Of a stretch of DNA of 32,000 bases, positions 30,017-32,000 are shown in pieces. The stretch is from the NCBI GenBank assembly GCA_018985225.1, contig JADGIF010000008.1, positions 15,731 through 47,730 on the forward strand, given 5' to 3'. A model generated the notes under the pieces. The model did no database searches, was not told where the DNA came from, and saw only the letters and a list, made by a program, of their open reading frames with translations. This DNA comes from Amoeboradix gromovi X-113. Taxonomy: Eukaryota; Fungi; Sanchytriomycota. Each line of letters starts with the position of its first letter. Position 1 is the stretch's first letter. Position numbers and translations under genes: made by a program.

Positions 30017-30868
30017 ATGCTGTATCTGATCGGTTGTGGATTATCCGATGTAGAAGATATATCGATTAAAGCTTTGAGGATAATAAAAAATTCAGACAGG
30101 GTTGTTCTAGAACATTACACGTCTATTTTAAAAAGCAACTTTAAAGAAATGGAAGATTTTTTTGAATGTAAAGTTGAAATCGCAGATCGGCAGTTTATCG
30201 AAGAAACACCTGACTTTCTAGAAGCTGCAAAAACTATGGAAGTATGTTTATTAGTTGTTGGAGACCCGTTTTCGGCTACGACGCATGCCGATTTGTTGTT
30301 GCGAGCGCATGAAATGAAAGTAGAAGTTCGGTCCATACACAATGCATCCATTTTGAATGCAGTTGGCAGTTGTGGTATATCGTTGTATCACTATGGTCAA
30401 ACTGTTTCCATTCCACTTTGGGAGGACTTTTGGAGACCTAGTTCTTATTATGAGAAGATAGCTAAGAATCTTAATCAAAGCCTTCATACTCTTTGTCTGC
30501 TAGACATCAAAGTTAAAGAGCCCACATTAGAAAGCTTGGCTCGAGGTAAAAGGGAATATCTTCCTCCTCGTTATATGAATGTAAATACTGCAATTGAACA
30601 ACTTCTTGAAATCTCATCAAACATGGAAGAACCTATCTTATCAACGGAAACTCTTGTGGTGGCTGCTCTTAGAATTGGAACGGACGATCAGCAATATGTT
30701 TGTGGGAGTATGCAACTATTAAAAGGCATGGATCATGGCGCACCTTTGCACTCCATGATTATCCCAAGTTGTGATATCCTGCATGAAGTTGAATGGGATT
30801 TGCTAGATATCATAAGTGTTGATAAAGGGTACACTAGAACTATGAGATCAAGGCATCACAAGCAATAA
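30017..30868 (+). CDS. DPH5: Diphthine methyl ester synthase
   Basis: MLYLIGCGLSD, LEHYTS, LVVGDPFSATTHADL, IHNASILNAVG, YGQTVSIP, HTLCLLDIKVKE and GAPLHS. Confidence 0.97.
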   Translation: MLYLIGCGLSDVEDISIKALRIIKNSDRVVLEHYTSILKSNFKEMEDFFECKVEIADRQFIEETPDFLEAAKTMEVCLLVVGDPFSATTHADLLLRAHEMKVEVRSIHNASILNAVGSCGISLYHYGQTVSIPLWEDFWRPSSYYEKIAKNLNQSLHTLCLLDIKVKEPTLESLARGKREYLPPRYMNVNTAIEQLLEISSNMEEPILSTETLVVAALRIGTDDQQYVCGSMQLLKGMDHGAPLHSMIIPSCDILHEVEWDLLDIISVDKGYTRTMRSRHHKQ

Positions 30869-30873
30869 TAAAT

Positions 30874-31677
30874 CTATTCTGATTTACTTAATTTCGATGG
30901 AGGCCATGGCACTAAAATTGAGGTTGATTTTTCATACTCTTGATATCGAGGATCCTTACCATACTTCTCATTGCACTTGGACAATGGAATACCGCTAACA
31001 CCAAGCAACAAGGTGGAAGTAAAAATTGGAGACAATGACCCTAACGCTAAGAATTTTAAAGGCAGGGATCTACAACAATACAGCCAAGCAAAGGTCCAAG
31101 TGCAGATCTCAAAAAAATAATTCGGATGCTGAGAATATTTCCATAGCCCAGTATAGGTAAAACCTGGGTCAGATTGCTTCCTGTTTGCCTTGTAATTCCA
31201 TTTTTCTTGATCTGCTACTGCTTCTAATAAGACACTAGAGATCCATCCACAAGCCAACAACTTGTCAAGGAGGGTTAATGGCTTTATTACGGGATTTAAG
31301 TTCATCAGTATTAACGGTGCTTGAATCAAGGTGCACCACAGCGCTTGAAATATCCAAACGTTGAAAAATGCTAATCTGTTATTCTTAAACTTTTCAAATC
31401 TAGTATCGCTGTTGGTTTTGTACATCCTATATGCCAAGAAGCCACCTAATCTTACTGCCCATCCAATGCTAACAGCATTCGCAATCATATGATATGATGA
31501 TTTATTTTTCATTGCAAAGACGACCAAGGCAATATGGGTTAGTGCACCACTTAGATCGTAAAGTTTCTCGCTATAATAGTAGGTACTAGGAATGCCCACA
31601 GCAGCCTGAATCCCCATTGCGATGCCGAAAGATTTGAACAGCATTTCGAAATGTTTCAGAAATAATTTAGAAATCAT
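30874..31677 (-). CDS. DUF1295 / steroid 5-alpha-reductase-like membrane protein
   Basis: SEKLYDLSG, WAVRLGGFL, DTRF, EAVADQEK, TGLWKYSQHPNYFFE and VSGIPL. The start could be the second Met (31644). Confidence 0.92.
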   Translation of the reverse strand: MISKLFLKHFEMLFKSFGIAMGIQAAVGIPSTYYYSEKLYDLSGALTHIALVVFAMKNKSSYHMIANAVSIGWAVRLGGFLAYRMYKTNSDTRFEKFKNNRLAFFNVWIFQALWCTLIQAPLILMNLNPVIKPLTLLDKLLACGWISSVLLEAVADQEKWNYKANRKQSDPGFTYTGLWKYSQHPNYFFEICTWTFAWLYCCRSLPLKFLALGSLSPIFTSTLLLGVSGIPLSKCNEKYGKDPRYQEYEKSTSILVPWPPSKLSKSE

Positions 31678-31682
31678 ACAAT

Positions 31683-31967
31683 TCGGACATGAAATATAAA
31701 AACCAGCCTAACTTTCTGAAACAGCTTGAGTCATTATATCAAGTGTGTATTAACCGATATTGAAATAAATTAAATTAATCTTATTGGTTGCACCTTTTGC
31801 TTAGACACTCAAAGACCTTATTCGAAAGAGATAGTGGTCATCTTGTTATAATTTACAGAGGGGAATGACATAAATGAAAGAAGAACTTTTATTAATAACA
31901 GCATTTTCTCCTTATGGAGCACCTACTTTATAAACGGCTTGGTCTAGTTTTTATATTTGGTGTCCCA
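31683..31967 (+). mobile_element. TIR element copy 5 (285 bp), short form
   Basis: TCGGACATGAAATATAAAAACCAG ... GTCTAGTTTTTATATTTGGTGTCCCA, flanked by AT...AT, with a short internal deletion between repeated GAAAGAA motifs. Confidence 0.92.
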
Positions 31968-32000
31968 ATTGGCTATCGCTAAACATTCAGTTGCCAAAAA

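Noticed and set aside
1-32000. Alternative genetic code (TAA/TAG read as Gln) to explain broken ORFs
   Set aside because: Conserved genes are intact under the standard code and end at TAA/TAG at the expected positions (metacaspase, DPH5, ABHD, PAQR).
1-32000. CRISPR array, tRNA or rRNA genes
   Set aside because: No regularly spaced direct repeats or recognisable RNA-gene structures were seen by eye. The repeats are dispersed and TIR-bounded.

Overview
AT-rich, very gene-dense eukaryotic DNA with fungal-type genes read in the standard genetic code. An early-diverging fungal lineage is plausible, but that is inference only. About 22 protein-coding genes are present: a long coiled-coil ORF running off the window start, an Mtc1-like protein, a PAQR/IZH receptor, a metacaspase, a UVSSA-like protein, an ABHD4/5-like hydrolase, a CaMK, an App1 phosphatase, NDUFA13, an SDR, two tandem GH18 chitinases, a Crinkler-type NTPase+REase, a motif-degenerate DEAH helicase, DPH5, a DUF1295 protein and several unknowns. 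Two signals are invisible in the ORF track. (1) Five dispersed copies of a 285-420 bp TIR-bounded non-autonomous element retain the degenerate 3' end of a TnpB/Fanzor-like gene (V-x-E-x-TS...RLRKCxxC...ERD...ILKRG, stop inside the right TIR). They also share a conserved hairpin and a 5'-flank motif (WACRWW), making them candidate omegaRNA-only 'ghost' loci of an RNA-guided nuclease transposon. (2) Four 19-20 nt GT..TAG introns all end in YTNAYNTAG, with an invariant A at -6. Removing them restores a CaMK regulatory tail, the membrane anchors of both chitinases and one split ORF. All assignments were made by eye from motifs; no database searches were run.
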